Source of the DNA: Spirochaetia bacterium
Lineage (GTDB): Bacteria > Spirochaetota > Spirochaetia > SZUA-6 > Bin103
Direction of reading: 5' to 3'
NCBI GenBank assembly: GCA_965208575.1
Contig: CBDBOV010000006.1
Location: forward strand, 791,808-855,807
Length of the DNA: 64,000 bases
The position numbers and the translations under genes were made by a program. Positions 7,631-16,632 of this stretch are shown in pieces (position 1 is the first letter of the stretch; each line of letters opens with the position of its first letter). The notes below the pieces were generated by a model. That model was not told where the DNA came from and searched no databases. It was given only the letters and a program-made list of their open reading frames with translations.

Positions 7631-9442
7631 CTAATTCCCCATCGTTGCTTGCTTCAGCTCACTATCAATCCAGAGGCGGGCCAGGTGGGTATTACGTTCG
7701 CCGTTTCCCATCCCTGCTTCACCGAAATATCCCTGCACCCATGGCTGGCTCACGGAGAACCAGGGGGAGCTGGATTTAACGAGGGCCCAGTGCTCCCTTA
7801 CCGTGATCTCATCGGCCTGCCTGATAAGACTCTTGAACTCCTCAAGGTCGGTGGTCTCGATGGCGGCAAGATGCAGGGCGTCGATACGCGGGTCCGTCGC
7901 CTTGTTGTGGCTTCTCCCATCAAAGCTCTGGCTTATCCATGTCAGGTTGGTTCCGCTGCTGCCAAACCAGCCATAATAACTGGCCACAAACTCATACTCG
8001 TGCGTGTCCGCATTCAACAAAGCCCCTGACTCAGCGCTAGTCTGTATAAACAGCTCGCTGTCAACGCCAATGGCATCCAGGTACCCCATGACGAGTTCCG
8101 GATAGGTCGGCTCGTACCTGCTGAACTGGGCAATCTCGACCTTGAATCTATAGCCGTCGTCGCCGCGCGGATATCCGGCCGCATCAAGGAGTTCCTCGGC
8201 CTTTTCAGGATTATAGGTATATTCTTGCTTGACCTCGTCGGGCCACTCTGCATATGGCCAGGACCACCCGGTAGAACTTTGATGTACGTACCCATAAGGT
8301 GCTGGATCTCCCAACCCCTTGAAGTAGGTAGCGGAGATTGTCTCTCGGTCCACTGCCATCTGCAGTGCCTTGCGCACATTGAGGTCGGCAGTTATGGCAG
8401 GCGAGGCCACGTTCATGTACAAAACACCCGATGCAGGGTTGTAAACCGGCCACACGTCGATTTCAGGGCTGGTCTTCTGGAGGCTCTCCAAATCGTCGAT
8501 AGATGTAATATACGCGTCGCCGACGTTACCCATCATGTCAACCTTACCCGTGCGCAGTGCCGCCAGACGTGCTGACATGTCCGGCATAAGGAGGGACCTC
8601 AACTCATCAATATAGGGTAGGCGGTTGTCCGGGAATTTTTCGTCGTAGCCCCAGTAGTCAGGATTCTTCTGCCAGGTTGCCGAGCTACCCTCCACGAATT
8701 CTGTCAGTCTCCAGGGCCCGGTGCCGACCAGGTTTCTCCAGTTCTTGGCATCGCCGTACTCCTCGATTTGCTCAGGGGCGTGCACAAAAAAGTAGCCGTT
8801 GAGAAATTTCCCGAGCACATCGAGGTGAGGCTTCGTCAGCTTAATCTCAACCGTCCATTGGTCGGTGGCCGTTACCGATTCGATACCTACACCGCCGACG
8901 ACCGCACCGACCGCGGCGTTCGGTCCGTCTTCGGTGAAATCGCCCAGACCGAAATAGCGGTGAAAGTTCCATTCGACGTCATCGGCATCGAACTGCCGAC
9001 CGTTCATCGGCGCCTTGTCATGCCAGTGAACGCCCTGGCGGATGTTCCAGATAAACGTTGTGTCGTCGGGCATTGACCAGCTTTCAGCCAGAGCCCCGGT
9101 AGTCATCTCCGGGGTCACAACGGAGTAAATTCTACCGTTCCATATGTCCCTGGATAGTCCCCAGTCGGCGAATGCGAGCCTTTCAACAACGCCACCGATG
9201 AGGTGAGGCGCCCAGCCAAGATTCCACCAGTTGTCAGTACTCGGAGGAAAGACCGTAACGGCCGACGTGAGTGTCCCGCCATACTGTGGCGCGGTCCACG
9301 TCATGCCGGTGGCGGGGTCGAACACCGTTTCCTTCTCGGTAGCCGCCGCCGGCGCCTCTTCTGCGCCAGCGGCCCAGAGGCCGGTGGCGGTCAGAACGAG
9401 GACCAGTGCAACCACGAAGGTGGTGACTGTTACAATATTCAT
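7631..9442 (-). CDS. ABC substrate-binding protein, family 5 (peptide/nickel/opine type)
   Basis: 603-aa ORF with signal peptide ..VLVLTATGLWAAGAEEAPAAA. It contains NPDYWGYDEKFPDNRLPYIDEL and is a paralog of 24596-26401. Confidence 0.9.
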   Translation of the reverse strand: MNIVTVTTFVVALVLVLTATGLWAAGAEEAPAAATEKETVFDPATGMTWTAPQYGGTLTSAVTVFPPSTDNWWNLGWAPHLIGGVVERLAFADWGLSRDIWNGRIYSVVTPEMTTGALAESWSMPDDTTFIWNIRQGVHWHDKAPMNGRQFDADDVEWNFHRYFGLGDFTEDGPNAAVGAVVGGVGIESVTATDQWTVEIKLTKPHLDVLGKFLNGYFFVHAPEQIEEYGDAKNWRNLVGTGPWRLTEFVEGSSATWQKNPDYWGYDEKFPDNRLPYIDELRSLLMPDMSARLAALRTGKVDMMGNVGDAYITSIDDLESLQKTSPEIDVWPVYNPASGVLYMNVASPAITADLNVRKALQMAVDRETISATYFKGLGDPAPYGYVHQSSTGWSWPYAEWPDEVKQEYTYNPEKAEELLDAAGYPRGDDGYRFKVEIAQFSRYEPTYPELVMGYLDAIGVDSELFIQTSAESGALLNADTHEYEFVASYYGWFGSSGTNLTWISQSFDGRSHNKATDPRIDALHLAAIETTDLEEFKSLIRQADEITVREHWALVKSSSPWFSVSQPWVQGYFGEAGMGNGERNTHLARLWIDSELKQATMGN

Positions 9443-9600
9443 ACGTAACTCCGTAGCTGATTTCTGAGAGTATTGCGTAGCGCCGTGCCGCTCCCTGGCT
9501 ACTCTCGCGCCCGCAACGCGGGCGGCCGGCCAGACAGAGTCGAATTTGTGAAGCGCGCGGCGTGGGACTCACCGGGTACACGCCGCGCGCGCGTGCGGTT
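9443..9600 (-). promoter_or_regulatory. Conserved structured 5-prime leader (copy Y) of the SBP gene
   Basis: About 110 nt are near-identical to 24436-24595 in the same position relative to the ATG. It has a 12-bp GC stem (9553-9564 / 9579-9590), the hairpin cgcccgc-aac-gcgggcg (9508-9524), and an enclosing stem gagagta/tactctc (9466-9472 / 9500-9506). Confidence 0.55.
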
Positions 9601-9654
9601 CTTTCAGTATCATCCTGCACCCTTGGGGCGCGGCCGCCGGAGGACACGGCGAAC

Positions 9655-9715
9655 CCCAGTGAACCGTATGCTCACACGCGCGGGCAAACGTGTCAACCAC
9701 ACGCCCGACGCGGTG
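9655..9715 (-). promoter_or_regulatory. Promoter-like block of the poly-G-box repeat (copy lacking the G tract)
   Basis: ccccagtgaaccgtatgctcacacgcgcgggcaaacgtgtcaaccac is nearly identical to 85-130. The minus strand reads TTGACA (9696-9691), a 17-nt spacer, then tgtGAGCAT (9673-9668), pointing at the SBP 7631-9442 leader. Confidence 0.5.
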
Positions 9716-9724
9716 CCCGGGCCA

Positions 9725-10051
9725 TCAGTCACAGCCGGTTGCGCGAGCGAGGGCGAGACAGACCTGGCGCATCTTGCCCTCCGGGAGGCGCCCGATGAAA
9801 CGGCTCAGCCGTGCCTGGTCTACCGTCTGCACGTGATCGAGGTTGGCGGCCGAGGCCCGCTTGAGGCCCACGTCTATGCCGACCGCCACCTCGGCGGGGG
9901 AACCGTGGATGGTCGAGGTAATGGGAGCGACCATCACGGTGTGCAGCAGCGGGATCACCTCCTGGCGGCTGATGATCACCACCGGCCGCCGCTTGTCCGG
10001 TGCCTTGAACGTGTACTGCCAGATCTCGCCTCGATTCAGCCGCCCGGCCAC
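9725..10051 (-). CDS. mazF: MazF/PemK-family endoribonuclease toxin
   Basis: Reads RGEIWQYTFKAPDKRRPVVIISRQEV...VMVAPITSTIHGSPAEVAVG...ASAANLDHVQTVDQARL, matching the PemK/MazF pattern. Confidence 0.85.
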   Translation of the reverse strand: MAGRLNRGEIWQYTFKAPDKRRPVVIISRQEVIPLLHTVMVAPITSTIHGSPAEVAVGIDVGLKRASAANLDHVQTVDQARLSRFIGRLPEGKMRQVCLALARATGCD

Positions 10052-10275
10052 GAGCCTTCCTCACCCCAGCCGGCCAATTCCTCGCCGCCGCCGCCGCGGA
10101 GCCCGCCCGCGTAGGCGGCGCGGTACTGCTCGGCGATCAGGTGCCGCTGTCTGCGTTGCAGAAATTCCGCCGCCGCGCGCCGCAGAATCGCCGACCGCCC
10201 CTCCCGGCGCACCTCCTCCGACGCGTCGAGCCGCGCCAGCAGCGCCTCGTCGAACATCACCTGTATAGGTTTCAT
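10036..10275 (-). CDS. RHH/CopG-type antitoxin partner of MazF
   Basis: 79-aa ORF overlapping the toxin start by 16 nt. MKPIQVMFDEALLARLDASEEVRREGRSAILRRAAAEFL has a ribbon-helix-helix pattern. Confidence 0.75.
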   Translation of the reverse strand: MKPIQVMFDEALLARLDASEEVRREGRSAILRRAAAEFLQRRQRHLIAEQYRAAYAGGLRGGGGEELAGWGEEGSWPGG

Positions 10276-10327
10276 CCATATAATATACGTGGGTCATATG
10301 CATACATCCAGGTAGCCTGAATTGGAG

Positions 10328-10357
10328 TTGACCGTCGACGGCGATGAGAAGTATAAG
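10328..10357 (+). promoter_or_regulatory. Sigma-70-like promoter for SBP 10426
   Basis: TTGACC (10328-10333), 18-nt spacer, TATAAG (10352-10357), about 70 nt upstream of the ATG. The ATG is preceded by aaaggagg. Confidence 0.5.
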
Positions 10358-10425
10358 GCGGGAAAATGGCATGGGACGGGTCGGCCGGACCATGCACAGC
10401 AAACATCAAAGGAGGAGCGAATTTG

Positions 10426-12243
10426 ATGCTTCTTTCATTCAGGAGGGCGGCGGCAGTCGGGCTCGGGCTCATGCTTGCGGCGACCGCCCTGTGGGCTTCG
10501 GCCGCAGAGGAATCCTCCGCCGAGGCAGAGTTCGTCGAGGTAGAGCTCGCCAAGCTCGACGGCACCACCATGACCCGGCAGTTCGAGAAACCCCGCTACG
10601 GCGGCACGATCACCATGAACCGGGAGATCCTGCTGGTCTCGTTTTCGCTCTGGGATCCGAGGGGCGGTGGTGGACCGCATGAGCTGGCCAACATCCAGAT
10701 AACCAACCAGCGCCTCACGCAGCTCGACTGGGCTCGTGGTCCGTCCGGCACCGGTGACTACCCGGTGCGGTCCTACGTGGCGTCGTTCCCACCGAACCTG
10801 GCAGTTCCCATGCTGGCGGAGAGCTGGACGCGTCCCAACGCCACCTCGATGGTGTTCAAGTTGCGCGAAGGTGTGCACTTCTGGGAGAAAGGGGACATCG
10901 CGGAGCCGAACCCCGGGCTTGAAGCTGACTACGGGCGCGAGCTGACCGCCCATGACGTGGTCTTTTCGAAGAACACGATGAACTGGTTCCAGGTGGGCCA
11001 ACCCGGCATTCCCACCTATACCGCCCTCGACGACCACACCCTGGAGATGTCGTGGCCCACGCCGGACCCGCTCCTGGCGGCCTTCCAGTGGTCGATGTTC
11101 CTGTTCGTCTTCAACGGGGGTATGGCGAACATCCCCGAGGACGACTGGGGCGACTGGCGAAACGCACTCGGTACCGGCTCCTACATCCCGACCGACTACG
11201 TGCCCGGCAGTACCGTCACCTACAAGCGCAATCCCAACTACTGGGAGAACGATCCGATTCACCCCGAGAATCGGCTGCCCTACGCTGACAACCTCCGCAT
11301 CGTCGACTTCGACGACGAGGCGGCGATCATCGCAGCGCTGCGGGCCGGCCAACTCGACCTGACCAACGGCCTCGGCTCAACCGGCAAGTGGGGGACACAG
11401 CTCAAGGAGACGAACCCCGAGATTGGCCAAGCCCCCGCCGCCCCGACCCCTACGGTCTGGGTGCCGCGCGTGGATCTGCCGGACAACCCGTTCAGTGACA
11501 TCAAGGTGCGGCAGGCGCTCATGATGTCCATTCCGCGCGACGAGGTCGTCGCGGACTTCTACGGCGGATTCGCGCTTCCGTTTGCCTATCCGACGTTTCC
11601 TCACTTCCCGGATTACTTCGTCGCGTACGAGGATCTGCCGACCGAGCCGATGCTGCCCGGTTCGTGCGCCAGTGCTCGCGATGTGGTGACGTACCTTCCC
11701 GACAAGGCGCGCGAGTGCCTCGCCGCGGCGGGGTACCCGGACGGCTTCGAGTTCGACCTGTGGACGCCGCCGGGTGAGGCCGAGTTCAACGAGCTGTACC
11801 AGGGTTACTGGAACGAGGTGGGCATCCGTGCCAACCTCAAGGTAGTCGAGCTCGCGGTGTGGCAGTCGGTCAAGGACCGGGAGGACCACCTCGGACTGAC
11901 GAGCTGGACCCCGGGCATGTGGGCGCATCAGCACGAGCTGCTGTTCAATCAGCTGGTCAGCAACGCCACGGTCAACAGCGCGCGGACGGACGACCCGATG
12001 TACGACGCGATCGCCGAGCTGGTCACCACGGAGCTCGACGAAGAGAAGAGGATCGCGGCGTGGCAGGAGTTCTTTCCCAAGGCGCTGGAGCATACCGTGT
12101 ATCCACACGGCGTCCCGTTCGACAAGCTGACGTTCTGGAACCCATGGGTGAAGGGATACAGTGGAGAGATGAGCAACGTCGGCATCCAGGGCTGGCACTC
12201 GGTGGCCAAGAACATCTGGATCGACCAGTCGATGCAGCCGTAG
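10426..12243 (+). CDS. ABC substrate-binding protein, family 5 (tandem copy 1)
   Basis: Start at MLLSFRRAAAVGLGLMLAATALWASAAEE, after the RBS aaaggaggagcgaatttg. Contains NPNYWENDPIHPENRLPYADNLRI. The ORF is open from 10366. Confidence 0.9.
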   Translation: MLLSFRRAAAVGLGLMLAATALWASAAEESSAEAEFVEVELAKLDGTTMTRQFEKPRYGGTITMNREILLVSFSLWDPRGGGGPHELANIQITNQRLTQLDWARGPSGTGDYPVRSYVASFPPNLAVPMLAESWTRPNATSMVFKLREGVHFWEKGDIAEPNPGLEADYGRELTAHDVVFSKNTMNWFQVGQPGIPTYTALDDHTLEMSWPTPDPLLAAFQWSMFLFVFNGGMANIPEDDWGDWRNALGTGSYIPTDYVPGSTVTYKRNPNYWENDPIHPENRLPYADNLRIVDFDDEAAIIAALRAGQLDLTNGLGSTGKWGTQLKETNPEIGQAPAAPTPTVWVPRVDLPDNPFSDIKVRQALMMSIPRDEVVADFYGGFALPFAYPTFPHFPDYFVAYEDLPTEPMLPGSCASARDVVTYLPDKARECLAAAGYPDGFEFDLWTPPGEAEFNELYQGYWNEVGIRANLKVVELAVWQSVKDREDHLGLTSWTPGMWAHQHELLFNQLVSNATVNSARTDDPMYDAIAELVTTELDEEKRIAAWQEFFPKALEHTVYPHGVPFDKLTFWNPWVKGYSGEMSNVGIQGWHSVAKNIWIDQSMQP

Positions 12244-12278
12244 TGGCCTTTCTTGGCACTGCGATAAGCTGACCACGG

Positions 12279-12311
12279 GTTGGCGCGGTTCCTTCGGGGA
12301 CCGTCGCCAAC
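12279..12311 (+). other. Stem-loop downstream of SBP copy 1
   Basis: gttggcgcggttcc-ttcg-gggaccgtcgccaac is an imperfect 14-bp stem with no U tract. A related sequence follows SBP copy 2. Confidence 0.35.
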
Positions 12312-12431
12312 CTTGTGTATCCAATCCTCGAAGCCGGCACAGCCTGGACAAGTCAGCGCAGTGGCCGGTCGGCGGTCACGGTCGGTGACCTCGGTCAGCC
12401 CCACCCACCCGTCGCGGCAGCTACCGGCACG

Positions 12432-12461
12432 TTGACAGGGGTTTGGCCGGATCGCTATATT
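12432..12461 (+). promoter_or_regulatory. Sigma-70-like promoter for SBP 12652
   Basis: TTGACA (12432-12437), 18-nt spacer, TATATT (12456-12461). Confidence 0.5.
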
Positions 12462-12651
12462 CCGGGGCGGCCGTCAAGGCCGGTAATGCCGGAAACGCCG
12501 GCAAAACGAGGCACAAGCAAACCTTGGTTCCTGAGAGCGATGTTGCCGTCCCCGGGGCGACCGTCCGACGGGGCGGGAGTCGGCCGACGCGCGGGCGTGG
12601 GGCGGGAACTGGCGGAACATGCGCGATACACACAAAGGGAGAGCAAATTTG

Positions 12652-14475
12652 ATGCTTATTTCGATCAGGAGGGCGGCGGCAGTCATGCTCGGGCTCGGAC
12701 TCGTGCTGACGTCGACTGCCCTGTGGGCTTCGGCCGCGGAGGAAGCCTCCGCCGAGGCAGAGTTCGTCGACCTGGAGCTCACCAAGCTCGACGGCAGCAC
12801 CATGACGAGGAACTACGAGAAGCCTCGCTACGGTGGCACCATCACCATGAACCGCGAGATCCTGCTGGTCTCGTTCTCTCTGTGGGATCCACGGAGCGGT
12901 GGCGGACCCCACGAGCTGGCGAATGTCCAGGTAACCAACCAGCGCCTCTCGCAGTTGGACTGGGCACATGGTCCGTCCGGTACCGGTGAATACGACGTGC
13001 GGCAGTATACCGCGGCGAACCCACCAGCCCTGGCTGTTCCCATGCTGGCGGAGAGCTGGACAATCCCCAATCCGACCTCGATGGTGTTCAAGATGCGCGA
13101 AGGCGTTCACTTCTGGGCGGAAGAAGACGTAGCGCAGGCGAATCCCGGGCTACAGGCTGACTACGGGCGCGAGCTGACTGCCCATGACGTGGTCTTCTCG
13201 AAAAACACGTCGAACTGGTACCGGCAGGGCATGCCCGGCATAGCCACCTATACCGCCCTCGACGACCACACCCTGGAGGTGTCGTGGCCTGAGCCCGACC
13301 CACTCCTCGAGGCTTTCAAGTTGTCGATGTACCTGTTCATCTTCAACGGCGGGATGGCGAACATCCCGGAGGGCGATTGGGGGGACTGGCAAAACGCACT
13401 CGGTACCGGCTCCTACATCCCCACGGACTACGTGCCGGGCAGCAGCGTTACGTACAAGCGCAATCCCAACTACTGGGAGAACGATCCGATTCACCCCGAG
13501 AATCGGCTGCCCTACGCTGACAACCTGCGCATCGTCGACTTCGACGACGAGGCGTCGATCATCGCCGCGTTGCGGGCTGGTCAGATCGACCTGACCAACG
13601 GCCTCGGCTCGTCGGGCAAGTGGGGGCTGCAGCTCAAGGACACGAACCCCGAGATTGGCCAGGCGCCCGCCGCCCCGACCCCTACGGTCTGGGTGCCACG
13701 CGTGGACCTGCCAGACAGCCCGTTCAGTGACATCAAGGTGCGGCAGGCGCTGATGATGTCCATTCCGCGCGACGAGGTGGTCAAGGACTTCTATGGCGGG
13801 TTCGCAGTTCCGTACTCGTATCCGACGTTTCCCGCGTTCCCGGATTACTTCGTCGCGTACGACCAACTGCCAACCGAGCCCATGCTGCCTGGTTCGTGCG
13901 CCAGCGCGCGCGACGTGGTCACCTACAATCCCGACAAGGCGAGGGATTGTCTCGCTCAGGCAGGGTTCCCCGACGGCTTCGAGTTCGACCTGTGGACGCC
14001 GCCGGGTGAGGCCGAGTTCAACGAGCTCTACCAGGGTTACTGGAACGAGGTGGGCATCCGCGCCAACCTCAAGGTGGTCGAGGGCGCGGTGTGGCAATCG
14101 GTCAAGGACCGGGAGGACCACCTCGGGCTGGCGAGCTGGACGCCGGGCATGTGGCAGCACCATTACGAGCTGCTTTTCAATCAGCTGACCAGCAACGCCA
14201 CGGTCAACAGCGCACGGACGTCCGAACCGATGTACGACGCGATCGCCGCGGTTGTGACTACCGAGTTCGACGAACAGAAGCGGATCGCGGCGTATCGGGA
14301 GTTCTTTCCCAAGGCGCTGGAGGATAGCGCGTATCCGCACGGCGTCGCGTTCGACAAGCTGACGTTCTGGAACCCATGGGTGAAGGGATACAGCGGAGAG
14401 ATGAGCAACGTCGGCATCCAGGGCTGGCACTCGGTGGCCAAGAACATCTGGATCGACCAGGCGATGCAGCCGTAG
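12652..14475 (+). CDS. ABC substrate-binding protein, family 5 (tandem copy 2)
   Basis: Start at MLISIRRAAAVMLGLGLVLTSTALWASAAEE, after aaagggagagcaaatttg. Most residues are identical to 10426-12243 on visual alignment. Confidence 0.9.
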   Translation: MLISIRRAAAVMLGLGLVLTSTALWASAAEEASAEAEFVDLELTKLDGSTMTRNYEKPRYGGTITMNREILLVSFSLWDPRSGGGPHELANVQVTNQRLSQLDWAHGPSGTGEYDVRQYTAANPPALAVPMLAESWTIPNPTSMVFKMREGVHFWAEEDVAQANPGLQADYGRELTAHDVVFSKNTSNWYRQGMPGIATYTALDDHTLEVSWPEPDPLLEAFKLSMYLFIFNGGMANIPEGDWGDWQNALGTGSYIPTDYVPGSSVTYKRNPNYWENDPIHPENRLPYADNLRIVDFDDEASIIAALRAGQIDLTNGLGSSGKWGLQLKDTNPEIGQAPAAPTPTVWVPRVDLPDSPFSDIKVRQALMMSIPRDEVVKDFYGGFAVPYSYPTFPAFPDYFVAYDQLPTEPMLPGSCASARDVVTYNPDKARDCLAQAGFPDGFEFDLWTPPGEAEFNELYQGYWNEVGIRANLKVVEGAVWQSVKDREDHLGLASWTPGMWQHHYELLFNQLTSNATVNSARTSEPMYDAIAAVVTTEFDEQKRIAAYREFFPKALEDSAYPHGVAFDKLTFWNPWVKGYSGEMSNVGIQGWHSVAKNIWIDQAMQP

Positions 14476-14512
14476 TGGCCCAATTGGCACTGCGATAGCT
14501 GACCACGGGGTT

Positions 14513-14554
14513 GGCGGAGTTTCCTTTTCGGGAAGCGTCGCCAGCCCCTTTCTT
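14513..14554 (+). terminator. Putative intercistronic attenuator/terminator after the tandem SBPs
   Basis: Bipartite stem ggcggagtttcc-tttt-cgggaagcgtcgcc followed by the T-rich agcccctttcttt. Confidence 0.35.
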
Positions 14555-14575
14555 TGAAGCGGCAACCATAGCTTG

Positions 14576-15577
14576 ATGACTGCCTACATCATCAGACGGG
14601 TCGTTCTGATCATTCCCACGCTGTTCATCGTCTCGCTGCTGGCGTTCTTCCTGATTCGCTGGATTCCCGGCGACGTCATCGACCTGATGGTGGCGATCAT
14701 GCAGCAGTACGTGTCCCTTGGAACCACGACCACGGACTTGGTGGGCAGCAGCGAGGAGGTTGTGGAGCAACTGGCGCAGACCCTGCGCGAACAGCTTGGA
14801 CTGGATGTCCCGGCGCACATTCAGTACGTGCGCTGGCTCGGGGAACTGTTCCAGGGCCGGCTCGGAGATTCGCTGTGGACCAGGCAGCCGGTCGGAACGG
14901 ACATCCTGTTCCGCCTGCCGATATCTCTCCAGCTCGGCCTGATGGCGATCATCTTCGCGCTGGTGATTGCGCTGCCGGTAGGCATTATTTCCGGGATCCG
15001 GCCCGACTCCGGCACCGACCAGGTTCTGCGCAGCTTCGCCATTCTGCTGGTTACCGTTCCCGCCTTCTGGCTGGGCACCATGGTGGTGGTCTACCCGGCG
15101 CTGTGGTGGAGTTGGGCGCCGCCCTTGTTCTTCGTCCGATTCGGCGACGATCCGCTCGGCAACCTGGCCCAGATGTTCGTGCCGTCACTCATCCAGGGGA
15201 TGCTGCTGTCGGGAATCATAATGCGATTTACGCGCACCATGATGCTGGAGGTGCTGCGCCAGGACTACGTCCGCACGGCGTGGGCGAAGGGGCTGCGCGA
15301 GCGGGTGCTGGTGATGCGCCACGTCCTCAAGAATGCCACGATTCCGGTGATCACGATGATCGGACTGCAGTTGCCGGTGCTGATTGGCGGCGCCGTGATC
15401 GTGGAGAAGATCTTCAACATACCGGGCCTCGGATCGCTGATAATCGAAGCACTCGAGAAGCGTGACTACCCCATCGTCACCGCCGTGAACCTGCTCATGG
15501 CGGGGGTCGTGCTCGTCGTCAACGTCCTGATCGACATCAGCTACGCTTGGCTCGACCCGCGGATCCGCTACGACTGA
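14576..15577 (+). CDS. ABC permease, OppB/DppB family
   Basis: Reads MTAYIIRRVVLIIPTLF...RFTRTMMLEVLRQDYVRTAWAKGL...ISYAWLDPRIRYD. There is an alternative TTG start at 14573. Confidence 0.9.
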   Translation: MTAYIIRRVVLIIPTLFIVSLLAFFLIRWIPGDVIDLMVAIMQQYVSLGTTTTDLVGSSEEVVEQLAQTLREQLGLDVPAHIQYVRWLGELFQGRLGDSLWTRQPVGTDILFRLPISLQLGLMAIIFALVIALPVGIISGIRPDSGTDQVLRSFAILLVTVPAFWLGTMVVVYPALWWSWAPPLFFVRFGDDPLGNLAQMFVPSLIQGMLLSGIIMRFTRTMMLEVLRQDYVRTAWAKGLRERVLVMRHVLKNATIPVITMIGLQLPVLIGGAVIVEKIFNIPGLGSLIIEALEKRDYPIVTAVNLLMAGVVLVVNVLIDISYAWLDPRIRYD

Positions 15578-16518
15578 TGGCTGACCCCGTGGCGCCCAAG
15601 GCGCCGGCCGCCGCTCAGCACGCGCGTACGTCACTCCTGCGCCAGACCCTCTCCCGGTTGTTCCGGGAGAAGAAGCTGGGCGCCGTCGGGCTGATCATCA
15701 TGGTGCTGTTCCTGCTGATCGGCATCTTCGCGGACGTGCTTGCCACCCACGACATGTTCGAGCAGAACGTCCCGCGGCGCCTGGAAGGGCCATCGTCCGA
15801 CTATCCCCTGGGCACCGATCAGTTTGGGCGCGACGTGTACAGCCGGGTGGTGCAGGGTGCCCGCGTCTCGATGCTGGTCGGCCTCGCCTCCAGCCTGGTT
15901 GCGGTGGTAGTCGCCACCGTGTTCGGACTCCTGCTGGGGTACTTCGGCGGTGTGGCGGATTTGATCGGGCAGAGGGTGGTGGATGCCGTGCAGGCGTTTC
16001 CGTGGCTATTCCTGATCATCACGGTGATGTCGCTGCTGGGACCAGGCATCCCGCAGGTGATCATCGTCCTGGGCGTACCCTGGGGCATCGTCAACATCAG
16101 GACCGTGCGCAGCGTCGTGCTGAGCGTGAAGGAGACCCCCTACGTGGAGGCGGCGCGGGCGACCGGGGCCGGCACCCTGCGCATACTCGCGCGCCACATC
16201 GCGCCGCAGCTCGTGGCGCCGATGATCGTCCTGTTCACGGTTTCGGTGGGCGGCAACATCCTCGCCGAGGCGTCGGTGAGCTTCCTCGGCTTCGGCATAC
16301 CGCCGCCGCAGCCGAGCTGGGGCAGCATGCTGAGCATCGAGGGCCGTTCCTACATGCTGGAGGCGCCGTTGTTGGCGTTCTGGCCCGGCCTGTGCCTGGC
16401 GATCGTGGTGTTCGGCATCAACATGTTCGGCGACGCGCTGCGCGACCTGCTCGATCCCCGCCTGCGCGGCGGCATCGGCCGCTTCGGCGCCGAGGCCCCG
16501 TCCACCAACCGCAAGTAA
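15577..16518 (+). CDS. ABC permease, OppC/DppC family
   Basis: The ATG overlaps the oppB stop (TGATG). Reads ..LGTDQFGRDVYSRVVQGARVS...SFLGFGIPPPQPSWGSMLS...NMFGDALRDLLDPRLRGG. Confidence 0.9.
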   Translation: MADPVAPKAPAAAQHARTSLLRQTLSRLFREKKLGAVGLIIMVLFLLIGIFADVLATHDMFEQNVPRRLEGPSSDYPLGTDQFGRDVYSRVVQGARVSMLVGLASSLVAVVVATVFGLLLGYFGGVADLIGQRVVDAVQAFPWLFLIITVMSLLGPGIPQVIIVLGVPWGIVNIRTVRSVVLSVKETPYVEAARATGAGTLRILARHIAPQLVAPMIVLFTVSVGGNILAEASVSFLGFGIPPPQPSWGSMLSIEGRSYMLEAPLLAFWPGLCLAIVVFGINMFGDALRDLLDPRLRGGIGRFGAEAPSTNRK

Positions 16519-16552
16519 CGGCGCGGCGGCGCGGCGGCGCGGCGAGTTCTGC

Positions 16553-16582
16553 TTGACCGGCACGGCGTTGCCATGCTATGAG
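16553..16582 (+). promoter_or_regulatory. Sigma-70-like promoter for SBP 16633
   Basis: TTGACC (16553-16558), 18-nt spacer, TATGAG (16577-16582). It is followed by the hairpin actcggg-aggata-cccgagt and the RBS aaaaggagg. Confidence 0.45.
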
Positions 16583-16632
16583 ACTGCCAATCGAACTCGG
16601 GAGGATACCCGAGTGAAAAGGAGGCAGATAGC

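Noticed and set aside
9443-9600. The 12-bp GC hairpin in the SBP leader as a Rho-independent terminator
   Set aside because: In both copies it is followed by ttca, not a U tract. It also lies upstream of the gene it accompanies. It fits a leader structure better than a terminator.
1-9720. Integron or attC-cassette array as the explanation for the mosaic of TA genes and cassettes
   Set aside because: No integron integrase is present. The units are multi-gene operons rather than single promoterless ORFs. The boundary repeat does not show the R''-L''...L'-R' (RYYYAAC...GTTRRRY) organisation of attC sites.
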